From a virus: DNA of 64,000 bases. Below are positions 15,699-25,117 of this stretch, in pieces. Each line of letters opens with the position of its first letter. Position 1 is the first letter of the stretch. A program made the position numbers and the translations under genes. The stretch is taken from IMG/VR virus record IMGVR_UViG_3300009103_001934, positions 114,488 through 178,487 of that record; one strand, given 5' to 3'. The notes under the pieces were generated by a model. The model saw only the letters and a list, made by a program, of their open reading frames with translations, was not told the DNA's origin and did no database searches.

Positions 15699-16130
15699 AT
15701 GATTATGAAAGAACAAAACACTATGAAAGCAAACAACCTAATCCTCGGAGCGGTTTACATCAACGCAACCACTGGCCAGCCTTGCCGCTTGGTCAACATC
15801 GTATCCTGCCAAGGTGTTTGGCTTGAGTCCTATGATGGACAAGGGTATGGTGAACTAGTCAGCTTCGATGATTGCCACTATGCAAGTCAGGATGAAGTGG
15901 AAGATTATCTTGAGGACTTGCGCGTTTACACCGCAAGCAACAAAGCACCATCTCACAAGTCACCAGTGAGCTATGATGAAGGATTAGACGAGGATGAAAT
16001 TGCAAGCTATGAAAGCAAGCATGACATCACACCGAACACTTCCTCGCGCGTTAAGAACTACGACACGTATTGGAACGTGCAAGGTTACTACGAGGACAGC
16101 TACGGCAACGACATCCGTTGCAGGGATTAA
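15699..16130 (+). CDS. Hypothetical protein with acidic tail
   Basis: 143-aa ORF behind operator promoter 4. Confidence 0.75.
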   Translation: MIMKEQNTMKANNLILGAVYINATTGQPCRLVNIVSCQGVWLESYDGQGYGELVSFDDCHYASQDEVEDYLEDLRVYTASNKAPSHKSPVSYDEGLDEDEIASYESKHDITPNTSSRVKNYDTYWNVQGYYEDSYGNDIRCRD

Positions 16131-16238
16131 CCCCCCCACTCCCCCCGTATTTATGAAAAAACGGGGGGTGACGTTTTTTAAAAAACCGGGGGGTGGGGTC
16201 GAAAAGAGTCTCCCCGAAGGGTCGAAAAATCCCGGGGG

Positions 16239-17123
16239 TTATACGTTTTTTAGGGGATGCGGAGATTGATTGTTCCTTTTCGCGTTTTCGTACTTTTTCT
16301 TGAGCACGTATTCGGCTATGCCTTTATATAGCTCTTCTCGGGAAGGCGGCTCATCAATTATGTTTTGTTTGTTTTTGAGCATTTCTTTTAAAGCCCAAAA
16401 GGAGTTTCTTTGGAAATTGACTTTGTCTTTGTCACTTGTGTTAGAAACGCTTTCCGAATGGACATAATATAGGTGTACGGGCTCTGAGTTATTAGTATGA
16501 GCGATAGGTTCATGTTTTTTAATGTACTTTAAGTAGTTCCACGCGAGGAGGTCTTCATATCCGCAGTTATTGATTTCGTCTTCTGGAAAGAACTTTCCGT
16601 CTTGAGGAAGAAAATCGCAGTGAAATAAAGTGGCCCACGGTCCGAATTGTAATTTTTTAGCGGCCGATCGGGCCGTTTTTTTCATTTCCTTGTCCCAGCC
16701 GTAGCTTTTAGGCACAGACGAGTGTTTTAATCGTTGCCAGCAGCCAACAACATATTTAGAATTATATTTTTTTGCGGTTTCGAGCATCTTTGGGCGCTCC
16801 GGTAACATTTGATCATCTGCATCCATCATAAGGACCGCGGGATATTCGTCCTTATACTTATGACATTCTTTAATTAATTTGTTTTTCGCTTGACCAACGG
16901 TGTCGGCCTTATTAAAATTAAAAAAATGAACTTTTTGAGCGGTAGATTTAGGAATATATTCTATAATTTCCAAAAGGCTACCGTCAGTACTGCAGTCGTT
17001 ACCGATAAGAAGTACCCACTTGTATTCTTTTAATGAATTTTCAAGGCTATCGAGACACATCTTAAGATACTTCTCAGCGTTATATACTGATAGTAACACT
17101 TGAATTCCATCTGTCGTCCACAT
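16239..17123 (-). CDS. Family 2 glycosyltransferase
   Basis: VLLSVYNAEKYL, NDCSTDGS, MMDADD (DxD), YEDL. Confidence 0.85.
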   Translation of the reverse strand: MWTTDGIQVLLSVYNAEKYLKMCLDSLENSLKEYKWVLLIGNDCSTDGSLLEIIEYIPKSTAQKVHFFNFNKADTVGQAKNKLIKECHKYKDEYPAVLMMDADDQMLPERPKMLETAKKYNSKYVVGCWQRLKHSSVPKSYGWDKEMKKTARSAAKKLQFGPWATLFHCDFLPQDGKFFPEDEINNCGYEDLLAWNYLKYIKKHEPIAHTNNSEPVHLYYVHSESVSNTSDKDKVNFQRNSFWALKEMLKNKQNIIDEPPSREELYKGIAEYVLKKKYENAKRNNQSPHPLKNV

Positions 17124-17171
17124 TTTAGTTTTTAGTTGATTTCTTTGCAGAAAAAGTATATTATATATTAC

Positions 17172-17888
17172 ATGAAATCTTTCATTTTTGCAACATCTTA
17201 CATAGACAGTGACGAAAAATATGAAAAAAGATACTTAAAATGGATTAATTACCACAAGACTCTTCCTTTCGCAGAAGATAAACAGATTTTCCTCATGGAC
17301 GATGGCTCACCCGAAGAGTATGTCTCTAGATTCGAAGCGAAAATAATCAAACCAGAAGAAATCAATACAAATTATAAAGTTCCCCAAGGAAAATTGTGGC
17401 TAGACAAAGTTAACGTCTACCATTTTGACCAAAGACTAGGCATTAACCCCAAAGACAACACCCCGGGTATTTATGGAAGCACCTTGGGGTGGTACAGAAG
17501 CGTTTTCGAAACAGTCAAAATCGCTCGTAAATTTCAATATGATAAAATTATTCATGTTGAATCCGACGCTTATTTAATTTCCAAACAAATATGTACTTTT
17601 ATTGACGCTTTAGACTCGGGATGGACAGCGTTATGGTGCCCTAAGTACTCTTTTCCGGAGACTTCTATACAAATTATTTGTAAAGATCAATTTGATAAAC
17701 TAGAAGAGCTAAGAAATGCGGATTTAAATCAATTTAAAAATCTTCAAGCAGAATGGAACCTTCCAATTAGTCAGGTAGCAAAGTCTTTTGAGGGAGATAG
17801 GTATGGAGAAATGACAAATAAACAATTACCGGGAATAGATTACTATTGTCAGTGTGGATTGGACACAATTTTAAAATACAAAGGCTAA
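17172..17888 (+). CDS. Glycosyltransferase-like protein
   Basis: MDDGS, KIIHVESDAY (DxD-like); context in glycan cluster. Confidence 0.6.
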   Translation: MKSFIFATSYIDSDEKYEKRYLKWINYHKTLPFAEDKQIFLMDDGSPEEYVSRFEAKIIKPEEINTNYKVPQGKLWLDKVNVYHFDQRLGINPKDNTPGIYGSTLGWYRSVFETVKIARKFQYDKIIHVESDAYLISKQICTFIDALDSGWTALWCPKYSFPETSIQIICKDQFDKLEELRNADLNQFKNLQAEWNLPISQVAKSFEGDRYGEMTNKQLPGIDYYCQCGLDTILKYKG

Positions 17889-18754
17889 TGAAAGGAATAA
17901 TTTTAACTGGAGGGCACGGCTCAAGACTTTACCCCTCTACCTTGGCGACAAATAAACAGCTTTTGCCTGTATTTGATAAGCCTATGATTTATTATCCCAT
18001 TACGACTTTAATAGAAAATGGAGTAAATGACATTTGTATTATTACTAATCCCGTATCTACATCAAATTTCAAACAACTGTTGGGGGATGGATCCCAGTGG
18101 GGTGTAAAAATTTCATATAAAGTTCAGAAACATCCGAATGGGATACCCGAGGCGTTTATAATTGCTAAAAGTTTTTTAAATAAAAACGAAGGAGTAACGT
18201 TAGTACTTGGTGATAACATATATTCTGGAGCAAATGATATTTTAACTGACGCTTTTCTTAATTTTAGCTCTGGCGGAACCGTATTTGGTTATAGAGTAGA
18301 AGATCCGGAAAGGTACGGTGTTGTAGAAATGAGCGGAAACAAAGTTTTGTCCATAGAAGAAAAACCTAAAAAGCCTAAAAGTAATTATGCGATACCGGGA
18401 CTCTATATTTTTGATTATGAAGTAATAGAAATTGCAGAAAAATTAAAGCCCTCTAAACGCGGCGAACTTGAGATTACAGACGTTATAAAAGCGTACCTGC
18501 GTGATGATACTCTAAGCGTATTTAAACTTCCTAGGGGCACTGTGTGGCTCGATGCGGGTACTTCTAGTAGCTTGTTTGACAGCTCCGCATACGTTCAAGC
18601 TATCGAAAAGCGGCAAGGAATAAAAATTGGCTGTCCAGAGGAAGCAACATACAATCAGGGCAATATAAACAAAACACAATTAAGAAAACTAATAAAAAAT
18701 ATTCCTAATTCTGAATATAAGAATTACTTATCAACGGTATTAAAATATGAATAA
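17888..18754 (+). CDS. rmlA: Glucose-1-phosphate thymidylyltransferase
   Basis: GIILTGGHGSRLYP, KQLLPVFDKPMIYYP, LGDNI, RGELEITDV, WLDAGT. Confidence 0.95.
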   Translation: MKGIILTGGHGSRLYPSTLATNKQLLPVFDKPMIYYPITTLIENGVNDICIITNPVSTSNFKQLLGDGSQWGVKISYKVQKHPNGIPEAFIIAKSFLNKNEGVTLVLGDNIYSGANDILTDAFLNFSSGGTVFGYRVEDPERYGVVEMSGNKVLSIEEKPKKPKSNYAIPGLYIFDYEVIEIAEKLKPSKRGELEITDVIKAYLRDDTLSVFKLPRGTVWLDAGTSSSLFDSSAYVQAIEKRQGIKIGCPEEATYNQGNINKTQLRKLIKNIPNSEYKNYLSTVLKYE

Positions 18755-18953
18755 AGACTTTTATAATGATTTTATGTCTCCTATACCAAAACATCTCACG
18801 CCAGAAGAGAGAGAAGAGTGGGAAAAGGAACTAGAGTGGGAGCGACAGGAAAGAAAAAGAAGGGAAAAAGAGGGTTTTTACGGAGAAAAACCCAAAAAGA
18901 AGGTTATTGGTTGGAAAACTATACAAAATTTATTTAGGAGAAAGAAAAAATGA
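18747..18953 (+). CDS. Small charged hypothetical protein
   Basis: Overlaps both neighbours (translational coupling). Confidence 0.6.
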   Translation: MNKDFYNDFMSPIPKHLTPEEREEWEKELEWERQERKRREKEGFYGEKPKKKVIGWKTIQNLFRRKKK

Positions 18954-19861
18954 TATTCTTAATAGGAGGAACCGGTTATATAGGCAGCCAATTTGCCACA
19001 GACTTAGAAAGAAGAGGTATAGAATACCTGAATCTTTCAAGAAGCGAATATGATTATTATAATTATGATTTGTTTTTACAATTATTGAAACAATATAAAC
19101 CAGATTTCGTAATTAATTGCGCTGGATATACAGGTAAGCCTAACGTAGACGCTTGCGAGTACTTTCAAGAAGAAACTTACAAAGGAAATGTCACTCTTCC
19201 CGCTGTAATTGGCAAGGCTTGCGAAATGACAGATACTCCTTGGGGGCATGTTTCGTCCGGATGCATCTATAATGGCTACAAAAAGGACTTTACAGAGAAA
19301 GACGACCCTAATTTCTGTTTTGATATGCCTCCCTGTAGTCATTACAGCGGAACCAAGGCTCTCGGCGAGCAAAGGGTACAGGAAATCGGCGGTGAATACT
19401 ATATTTGGCGCTTAAGAATAGCTTTTGATGAATTCGATAACCCAAGAAATTACCTTACCAAGTTGCTAAGCTATCCAAGATTACTCGACGCTAAGAATTC
19501 TATTTCACATAGGGCTGATTTTGCTAAGTATTGTAATGATTTGTGGCTACATGAATGTGAATTAGGTATTTATAACGTTGTTAACACAAATGCCGTATCA
19601 ACTAAACAAGTTACTGATAGAATAAACAAATATCTTAAAATTAACAAAAACTTTGATTTCTTTAAAGATGAGAAAGAGATGTATGAGTTTGCAGCTAATA
19701 CCCCTAGGTCTAACTGTATATTAGATAATTCTAAATTAAGAAAGCAATTAGGTAAACACAACATTAAAGTAAGAACAACTCTCAAGGCGATAGAGCACGC
19801 GTTGAAGAACTGGACGGGAGAAAATGAAGATAGCAGTGTTGACAAGTCTTTTTGGGAGTGA
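18950..19861 (+). CDS. rmlD: RmlD-family NDP-4-keto-6-deoxysugar reductase, NRS/ER (epimerase-reductase) type
   Basis: GGTGYIG Rossmann motif; NCAGYTGKPNVDACE; SSGCIY; YSGTK (YxxxK). Confidence 0.85.
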   Translation: MIFLIGGTGYIGSQFATDLERRGIEYLNLSRSEYDYYNYDLFLQLLKQYKPDFVINCAGYTGKPNVDACEYFQEETYKGNVTLPAVIGKACEMTDTPWGHVSSGCIYNGYKKDFTEKDDPNFCFDMPPCSHYSGTKALGEQRVQEIGGEYYIWRLRIAFDEFDNPRNYLTKLLSYPRLLDAKNSISHRADFAKYCNDLWLHECELGIYNVVNTNAVSTKQVTDRINKYLKINKNFDFFKDEKEMYEFAANTPRSNCILDNSKLRKQLGKHNIKVRTTLKAIEHALKNWTGENEDSSVDKSFWE

Positions 19862-20552
19862 GCACGATCTCTTTCCCTTAGCGAATCCATACGAAAGCGC
19901 AGATTACTACGCATTCGTCGATCGTGACCATCCGAATGCGGAAGGCTGGCGGCTAATTAATTCTCCTGACTTTTCTATTTGCGACTCTGTATACTATAAT
20001 AGAAGAAATGCTAAAATATATAAAGTAGCCCCCAGTTTATTTTTGCCAGATTATGATTATTATATTTGGATGGATGCTTGTAATTGTCTTTCTATAGATC
20101 CTAAAGAACTAATAGAAGGATATGTGGGAGAATCAGATTTAGGACTGTTTGCCCATCCCCATAGAAACTGTCTTTATGAAGAAGCGCAAGTAATATATCA
20201 ATATGAATTAGATTTACCTGAAATCGTACAAGACCAGATGAACGCTTATAAGATGTCACGCTTTCCTAGTAATTATGGTTTATATGAATTATCTTGTTTT
20301 ATTATGAAAAACAACGAAACCACACGCAAGATGGGTCTCATGTGGTGGGAGCAAATCTGCCGTTTTAGTTCTAGAGATCAAATTAGTTTTCCTTTTGTCT
20401 TGGCACAAGTACAAGAGGAATTAAACATTTCCATTCTTCCCGGATACGTTCATCATGAAGATGGAAATAAGCTTTTCCTTTTCTTAGATAAACATGGACA
20501 GCCTACTGAATGGGCTAACCGAGCATCCCTTGTGAAAAGGCAAAATTTATAA
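19824..20552 (+). CDS. DUF616/TOD1-MUCI70-type glycosyltransferase
   Basis: YYIWMDAC, HPHRNCLYEEA, WWEQI, SSRDQISFPFV. Confidence 0.8.
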   Translation: MKIAVLTSLFGSEHDLFPLANPYESADYYAFVDRDHPNAEGWRLINSPDFSICDSVYYNRRNAKIYKVAPSLFLPDYDYYIWMDACNCLSIDPKELIEGYVGESDLGLFAHPHRNCLYEEAQVIYQYELDLPEIVQDQMNAYKMSRFPSNYGLYELSCFIMKNNETTRKMGLMWWEQICRFSSRDQISFPFVLAQVQEELNISILPGYVHHEDGNKLFLFLDKHGQPTEWANRASLVKRQNL

Positions 20553-21883
20553 TGTGCAGTATATATTCGTCAAATATTGATCAAGATAATTATGATGATA
20601 TTAATTTCTTGTTAAAGCCTAGAGGTCCAGATAATACGTCTATAGAGCGTGTCTCTCATGGTTTTACCCTAATACATAATTTATTGAGCATAACTGGGGA
20701 ATATACTATCCAGCCCTTTATCGAAGATGATATTGCATGTTTGTATAATGGGGAAATTTATAACTTTAAAGAATTTGGAGATTATAAAAGCGACGGCTTA
20801 TGTTTAATAGATTTATATCGAGAATATGGAGAACAATTCGTACGAAAGCTTGATGGCGAATTCGCAATTCAAATATTTGATTTTAAAAACAACAAAATTC
20901 TAATATCGTCGGATATTTTTAGGACTAAGCCTTTATTTTACTCTATAGATTACGACAAGTTTGGATGTAGCACTTTTCGGACTCCTTTAGAGCTATCTGG
21001 ACACAAAAATATCAAGAAAATGCCGCCCAATACAACCAAGGTGTTTGATCTAAGCAGTCTGGACTTAATCGCTGAATATCCGATATATGAATTCGACTTG
21101 GATCAGAATAAAAATTATTACGATGATTGGAATATCGCATTTGAAAAATCTATATCCAAAAGGGTCTCAAATACGGCCTGTGAGGTCTTTATGGGCCTTA
21201 GCAGCGGGTATGACAGTGGCGCGATATGTAACGAGCTCATACGCCAATCTGCGCCTTTTAAAACGTATACTGTGATGGGGTCTGAAGACGAAAAAGTCAT
21301 GAGCGAAAGATTCTTTATTTTAGATTCTAATGAAGGGTGTTCTTATGCAAAGCTAGACAAAACAACAGATAATTTGACAAGAAACTATGAGCATATTAAG
21401 AGGTATACTGATCATTTTGTTTATACCATTAAGTCTTCTCGTGGATATACTGATTTTATTAAGTTAATAGATGATGCTGGTTCTTCTTGGTTATCTTTCG
21501 TATGTGAAGAAGCTAAAAAAGAAAATAGAAAAATTTACCTTTCTGGAATGGGGGCGGACGAAATATTTTCAGATTATGGATTTAATGGTAAGCCTAAATT
21601 TAGACACAGTAATTTCGGGGGGCTATTTCCTAAAGACTTGACTACGATATTTCCGTGGAATAGCTTTTATGGTAGTACTATGGAATCTTATCTAGCTAAA
21701 GAAGAATATGTCGCTGGCGCGCACGGACTGGAAGGCCGTTATCCATTTTTAGACAAAGAGGTCGTGCAAGAATTTCTCAATTTATCCGAAGATATTAAGA
21801 ACTACTCTTATAAGAGTGTTTTAGATAATTATTTATCAAAGCATGAGTATCCTTATGAAATCGGTAAGAAAAGGGGCTTTTAG
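20552..21883 (+). CDS. asnB: Asparagine-synthetase-like amidotransferase
   Basis: N-terminal MCSI, RGPD, YNGEIYNF, LSSGYDSG, LSGMGADEI, RYPFLD. Confidence 0.85.
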   Translation: MCSIYSSNIDQDNYDDINFLLKPRGPDNTSIERVSHGFTLIHNLLSITGEYTIQPFIEDDIACLYNGEIYNFKEFGDYKSDGLCLIDLYREYGEQFVRKLDGEFAIQIFDFKNNKILISSDIFRTKPLFYSIDYDKFGCSTFRTPLELSGHKNIKKMPPNTTKVFDLSSLDLIAEYPIYEFDLDQNKNYYDDWNIAFEKSISKRVSNTACEVFMGLSSGYDSGAICNELIRQSAPFKTYTVMGSEDEKVMSERFFILDSNEGCSYAKLDKTTDNLTRNYEHIKRYTDHFVYTIKSSRGYTDFIKLIDDAGSSWLSFVCEEAKKENRKIYLSGMGADEIFSDYGFNGKPKFRHSNFGGLFPKDLTTIFPWNSFYGSTMESYLAKEEYVAGAHGLEGRYPFLDKEVVQEFLNLSEDIKNYSYKSVLDNYLSKHEYPYEIGKKRGF

Positions 21884-21908
21884 GAGCGTAAGGGGTGTAA
21901 TAATTATT

Positions 21909-22433
21909 ATGTCGCACAGAAAACAAAGACATTACTGTAATGAAATTAGGGATATTTTCCCGAATCATTTCAACGGTAAAAAAGTTTTAGAAGTCGGTTC
22001 TCTAGACATTAATGGTAACAATAATCGTTTGTTCGAAAATTGTGAATTATTGAGAATAGATTTAGGTCCGGGCAAAAACGTAGACTTAGTATGCCATGGG
22101 GCAGATCTAGATCACCCAGACAATAGTTACGAAACAATTTTATCAACAGAGGCTTTCGAACATGATAGCAGGCTAGAAGAGACACTAAAAAATATTATCA
22201 GGCTTTTATCAAACGGGGGGTTATTCATCTTTACTTGCGCTGGCATAGGAAGAAAAGAACACGGGACAAGCGCGTATCATTCTTTCGCTAGCCCCTATAC
22301 CCTAGATTTCTATAAAAACCGCTCAGAAGACGAAATCAGGCGAATAATCGACATCGACGAAACTTTCGAGACATACGAATTTCAATTTAATGCGACCTCT
22401 TCAGATCTTTATTTTTGGGGGATTAAAAAATGA
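21909..22433 (+). CDS. Class I SAM-dependent methyltransferase
   Basis: VLEVGSLDING, DLGPGKNVD, TEAFEHD, GGLFIFTCA. Confidence 0.85.
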   Translation: MSHRKQRHYCNEIRDIFPNHFNGKKVLEVGSLDINGNNNRLFENCELLRIDLGPGKNVDLVCHGADLDHPDNSYETILSTEAFEHDSRLEETLKNIIRLLSNGGLFIFTCAGIGRKEHGTSAYHSFASPYTLDFYKNRSEDEIRRIIDIDETFETYEFQFNATSSDLYFWGIKK

Positions 22434-23404
22434 ATTTACTAATTACAGGTGGCGCGGGGTTCATAGGGACCAATTTTGTTAAGATGATGCTCAAAAAAAG
22501 GGCTGGTCAAAAATTAATGGTTGTTATGGATAGCTTAACCTACGCTTCGGACTACAAAAACATTAAAGAAGATATTTACGATCATCCCAAATTAAAATTT
22601 GCAAATGTTGATATAAGAGACTCTAGATATGTAAACGCTACGTTTGAAAAATATGGTATAACTCATGTTGTTCATTTTGCTGCAGAATCTCACGTCGATA
22701 ATTCTATCCTTGGCCCAAAAACGTTTATCGAAACAAATGTGCTAGGAACGCTTAACCTTTTAGAGGCGGCGAAGACATACCAAGTAGAAAGATTCCATCA
22801 CATTTCCACAGACGAAGTGTTCGGCCACTTGGGTGACAAAGGTAAGTTCTCAGAAAATACCCCTTATGCTCCTAGGAACCCATATTCTGCTTCTAAGGCG
22901 GCTTCTGATCATTTGGTTAGATCATACTACTATACCTATGAACTGCCCGTAACGATATCAAACTGCTCCAATAACTACGGTCCCTATCAGCATGATGAAA
23001 AGTTTATTCCAACAATCATCAATTCGATATTGAAAAGAAAAAAGATTCCCCTATATGGACAAGGTTTAAATGTAAGAGATTGGATTCATGCAGAAGATCA
23101 CTGTAATGCGCTGTTAACTATTTTAAAAAAGGGCAAAGTGGGAGAAACATATAATATTGGTGCTGACTGCGAAATGAGAAATCTTGATGTAGTTAACTTA
23201 ATATGCGAGATCTTAAAGGTAGAGCCTGACGACTGTATAGAATTTGTCTGTGATCGATTAGGGCATGATTTTAGATATGCAATAGATTCATCTAGAATCA
23301 GAAAAGAATTGAGATGGAAGCCTAAAATTTCATTCGAAAAAGGTATACTTAAAACCGTATCTTATTACAAAAGTAAGTATGATACTGAATTTAGAGACTT
23401 ATAG
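22430..23404 (+). CDS. rmlB: dTDP-glucose 4,6-dehydratase
   Basis: TGGAGFIG, HFAAESHVDNSI, ISTDEVFG, YSASKA, NCSNNYGPYQ, RDWIH. Confidence 0.95.
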   Translation: MNLLITGGAGFIGTNFVKMMLKKRAGQKLMVVMDSLTYASDYKNIKEDIYDHPKLKFANVDIRDSRYVNATFEKYGITHVVHFAAESHVDNSILGPKTFIETNVLGTLNLLEAAKTYQVERFHHISTDEVFGHLGDKGKFSENTPYAPRNPYSASKAASDHLVRSYYYTYELPVTISNCSNNYGPYQHDEKFIPTIINSILKRKKIPLYGQGLNVRDWIHAEDHCNALLTILKKGKVGETYNIGADCEMRNLDVVNLICEILKVEPDDCIEFVCDRLGHDFRYAIDSSRIRKELRWKPKISFEKGILKTVSYYKSKYDTEFRDL

Positions 23405-23420
23405 TGTGTAATTATAATTA

Positions 23421-24212
23421 ATGCCTACTAAGAAGACTAATTCTGATGGTAAGGTTAAGATCCGACGCGACCGAGAGTTTGCAGAACATCTAAACGAAAC
23501 TGAAAACAAATTTGTCCCAGATAATCCAATCAAAAGACAAATTAAAATTAACCAACTACCGTGGACTGATAAGCAAAAAGAGTTTTTCCGAATAGCGCTA
23601 GATTATCATACTAAGATAGTCTTTGTTAATGGACCAGCGGGTACATCTAAGACTTTGTTATCGGTCTATTGTGGATTACAGCTTTTAAATATGAAAGCTA
23701 TCTCAGATATTATGTATTTGAGATCCGCAGTAGAAAGTTCTGAATCTAAACTGGGTTTTCTCCCGGGGTCAGCAGACGATAAACTAAAATTTTATAACTT
23801 GCCATTTTTAGATAAATTAGACGAGCTACTAATAACTACCAAGCCCGAAAAGCTAGAAGAGGAAAAAAGAGTTTCCATGTTTCCAGTAAACTTCGCAAGA
23901 GGAATGAACTGGAAAGGTAAATGCATTATTTTAGATGAAGCGCAAAACTCTACCATGAAGGAGATTACGACCGTTCTTACTAGAATGGGTGAGGGGAGCA
24001 GATGCTTTGTATTGGCGGACCCTATGCAAACCGACTTGAGAGCAGACTATCAACAGGGAGCCTTCGAAAAGTTAGGGGGTATATTCTCCGATGAGGAAAG
24101 CATGAATATGGGGATTTATAATTTTAACTTTACTGAAGAAGATATTATGAGGTCTGAATTAGTTAAGTTTATCGTTCGAAAAATCAACCGAGAGGGAGAG
24201 AACCATGAGTGA
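23421..24212 (+). CDS. phoH: PhoH-family ATPase
   Basis: GPAGTSKT, LGFLPG, RGMNW, IILDEAQN, LTRMG, DPMQTD, RSELV. Confidence 0.92.
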   Translation: MPTKKTNSDGKVKIRRDREFAEHLNETENKFVPDNPIKRQIKINQLPWTDKQKEFFRIALDYHTKIVFVNGPAGTSKTLLSVYCGLQLLNMKAISDIMYLRSAVESSESKLGFLPGSADDKLKFYNLPFLDKLDELLITTKPEKLEEEKRVSMFPVNFARGMNWKGKCIILDEAQNSTMKEITTVLTRMGEGSRCFVLADPMQTDLRADYQQGAFEKLGGIFSDEESMNMGIYNFNFTEEDIMRSELVKFIVRKINREGENHE

Positions 24213-24984
24213 AGAAGTAAAAAGAACTAAAAAAGAAATAGAAGCTGATTTGCTCTTAAAGCAAGCAGAGTTAGATCAGAAACTAGCCGAAATAGAAAAG
24301 ACCAAGGCTGAGACAGAAAAAATGCAAGCTGAAGCCGGAAAGGCTCACCTCGAATATGAGAAGGCCCACAATAACAGGAGCAAAGAGCTATATACAGATG
24401 AAGAAAATTATTTATATAGATTTTCTAAAGACGTTTCTCATCACTCAGTTCAGGCCTGTATGAGTAAGCTTACAGAATGGCACAGAAAGGATCCAAAGTG
24501 CGCAATAGAAATTATCTTCTCATCTCCCGGAGGAAGTATTATTGATGGATTTGAATTATTCGATTTCATACAAGAGCTTAGGCAAAAGGGGCACAAAATA
24601 ACTACGGGCTCCTTGGGCATGGCCGCTTCCATGGCAGGCATCTTATTGCAAGCGGGAGACGTAAGGTGGATCGGGCATCAAGCATGGATGATGATCCATA
24701 GGGCTGCATTCGGAGCGATTGGTAAAACATATGAGGTGGAAGATGAAGTAAGGTTGGTAAAAAGAATTGAAGGAAGAATTTTAGATATCTTTACTTCTAG
24801 ATCTAACCTAACTAAAATTAAAATAAAAAGAAATTGGGACAGAAAAGACTGGTGGATAGACGCTGACGAAGCTGTATCTTTAGGGTTAGTCGACGAAATT
24901 CGAGCGATGATGCCTGAGCACCAAAATAATAAAAAAATAACAAAGAAAGTAAAAGCAAATGTACGGAAGACTAAAAGATCCTGA
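24205..24984 (+). CDS. clpP: ClpP-like serine protease with N-terminal coiled coil
   Basis: SSPGGSIIDG, GMAASMAG, MIHR, WIDADEAVSLGLVD. Confidence 0.85.
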   Translation: MSEEVKRTKKEIEADLLLKQAELDQKLAEIEKTKAETEKMQAEAGKAHLEYEKAHNNRSKELYTDEENYLYRFSKDVSHHSVQACMSKLTEWHRKDPKCAIEIIFSSPGGSIIDGFELFDFIQELRQKGHKITTGSLGMAASMAGILLQAGDVRWIGHQAWMMIHRAAFGAIGKTYEVEDEVRLVKRIEGRILDIFTSRSNLTKIKIKRNWDRKDWWIDADEAVSLGLVDEIRAMMPEHQNNKKITKKVKANVRKTKRS

Positions 24985-25117
24985 AAAATACGGAGCGTGG
25001 ACTAGAGCAATTAAGAGTTGGCTTAAAAAAGCTTGGAAAAAAATTAGACATTATTGCTGTAGCGTGGGATTATGTACTATAGATAAGTGCAAATGCTCAT
25101 GTCATGAGAGTAAGTAG
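24959..25117 (+). CDS. 52-aa Cys-rich small protein (absent from ORF track)
   Basis: MYGRLKDPEKYGAWTRAIKSWLKKAWKKIRHYCCSVGLCTIDKCKCSCHESK; overlaps both neighbours. Confidence 0.55.
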   Translation: MYGRLKDPEKYGAWTRAIKSWLKKAWKKIRHYCCSVGLCTIDKCKCSCHESK

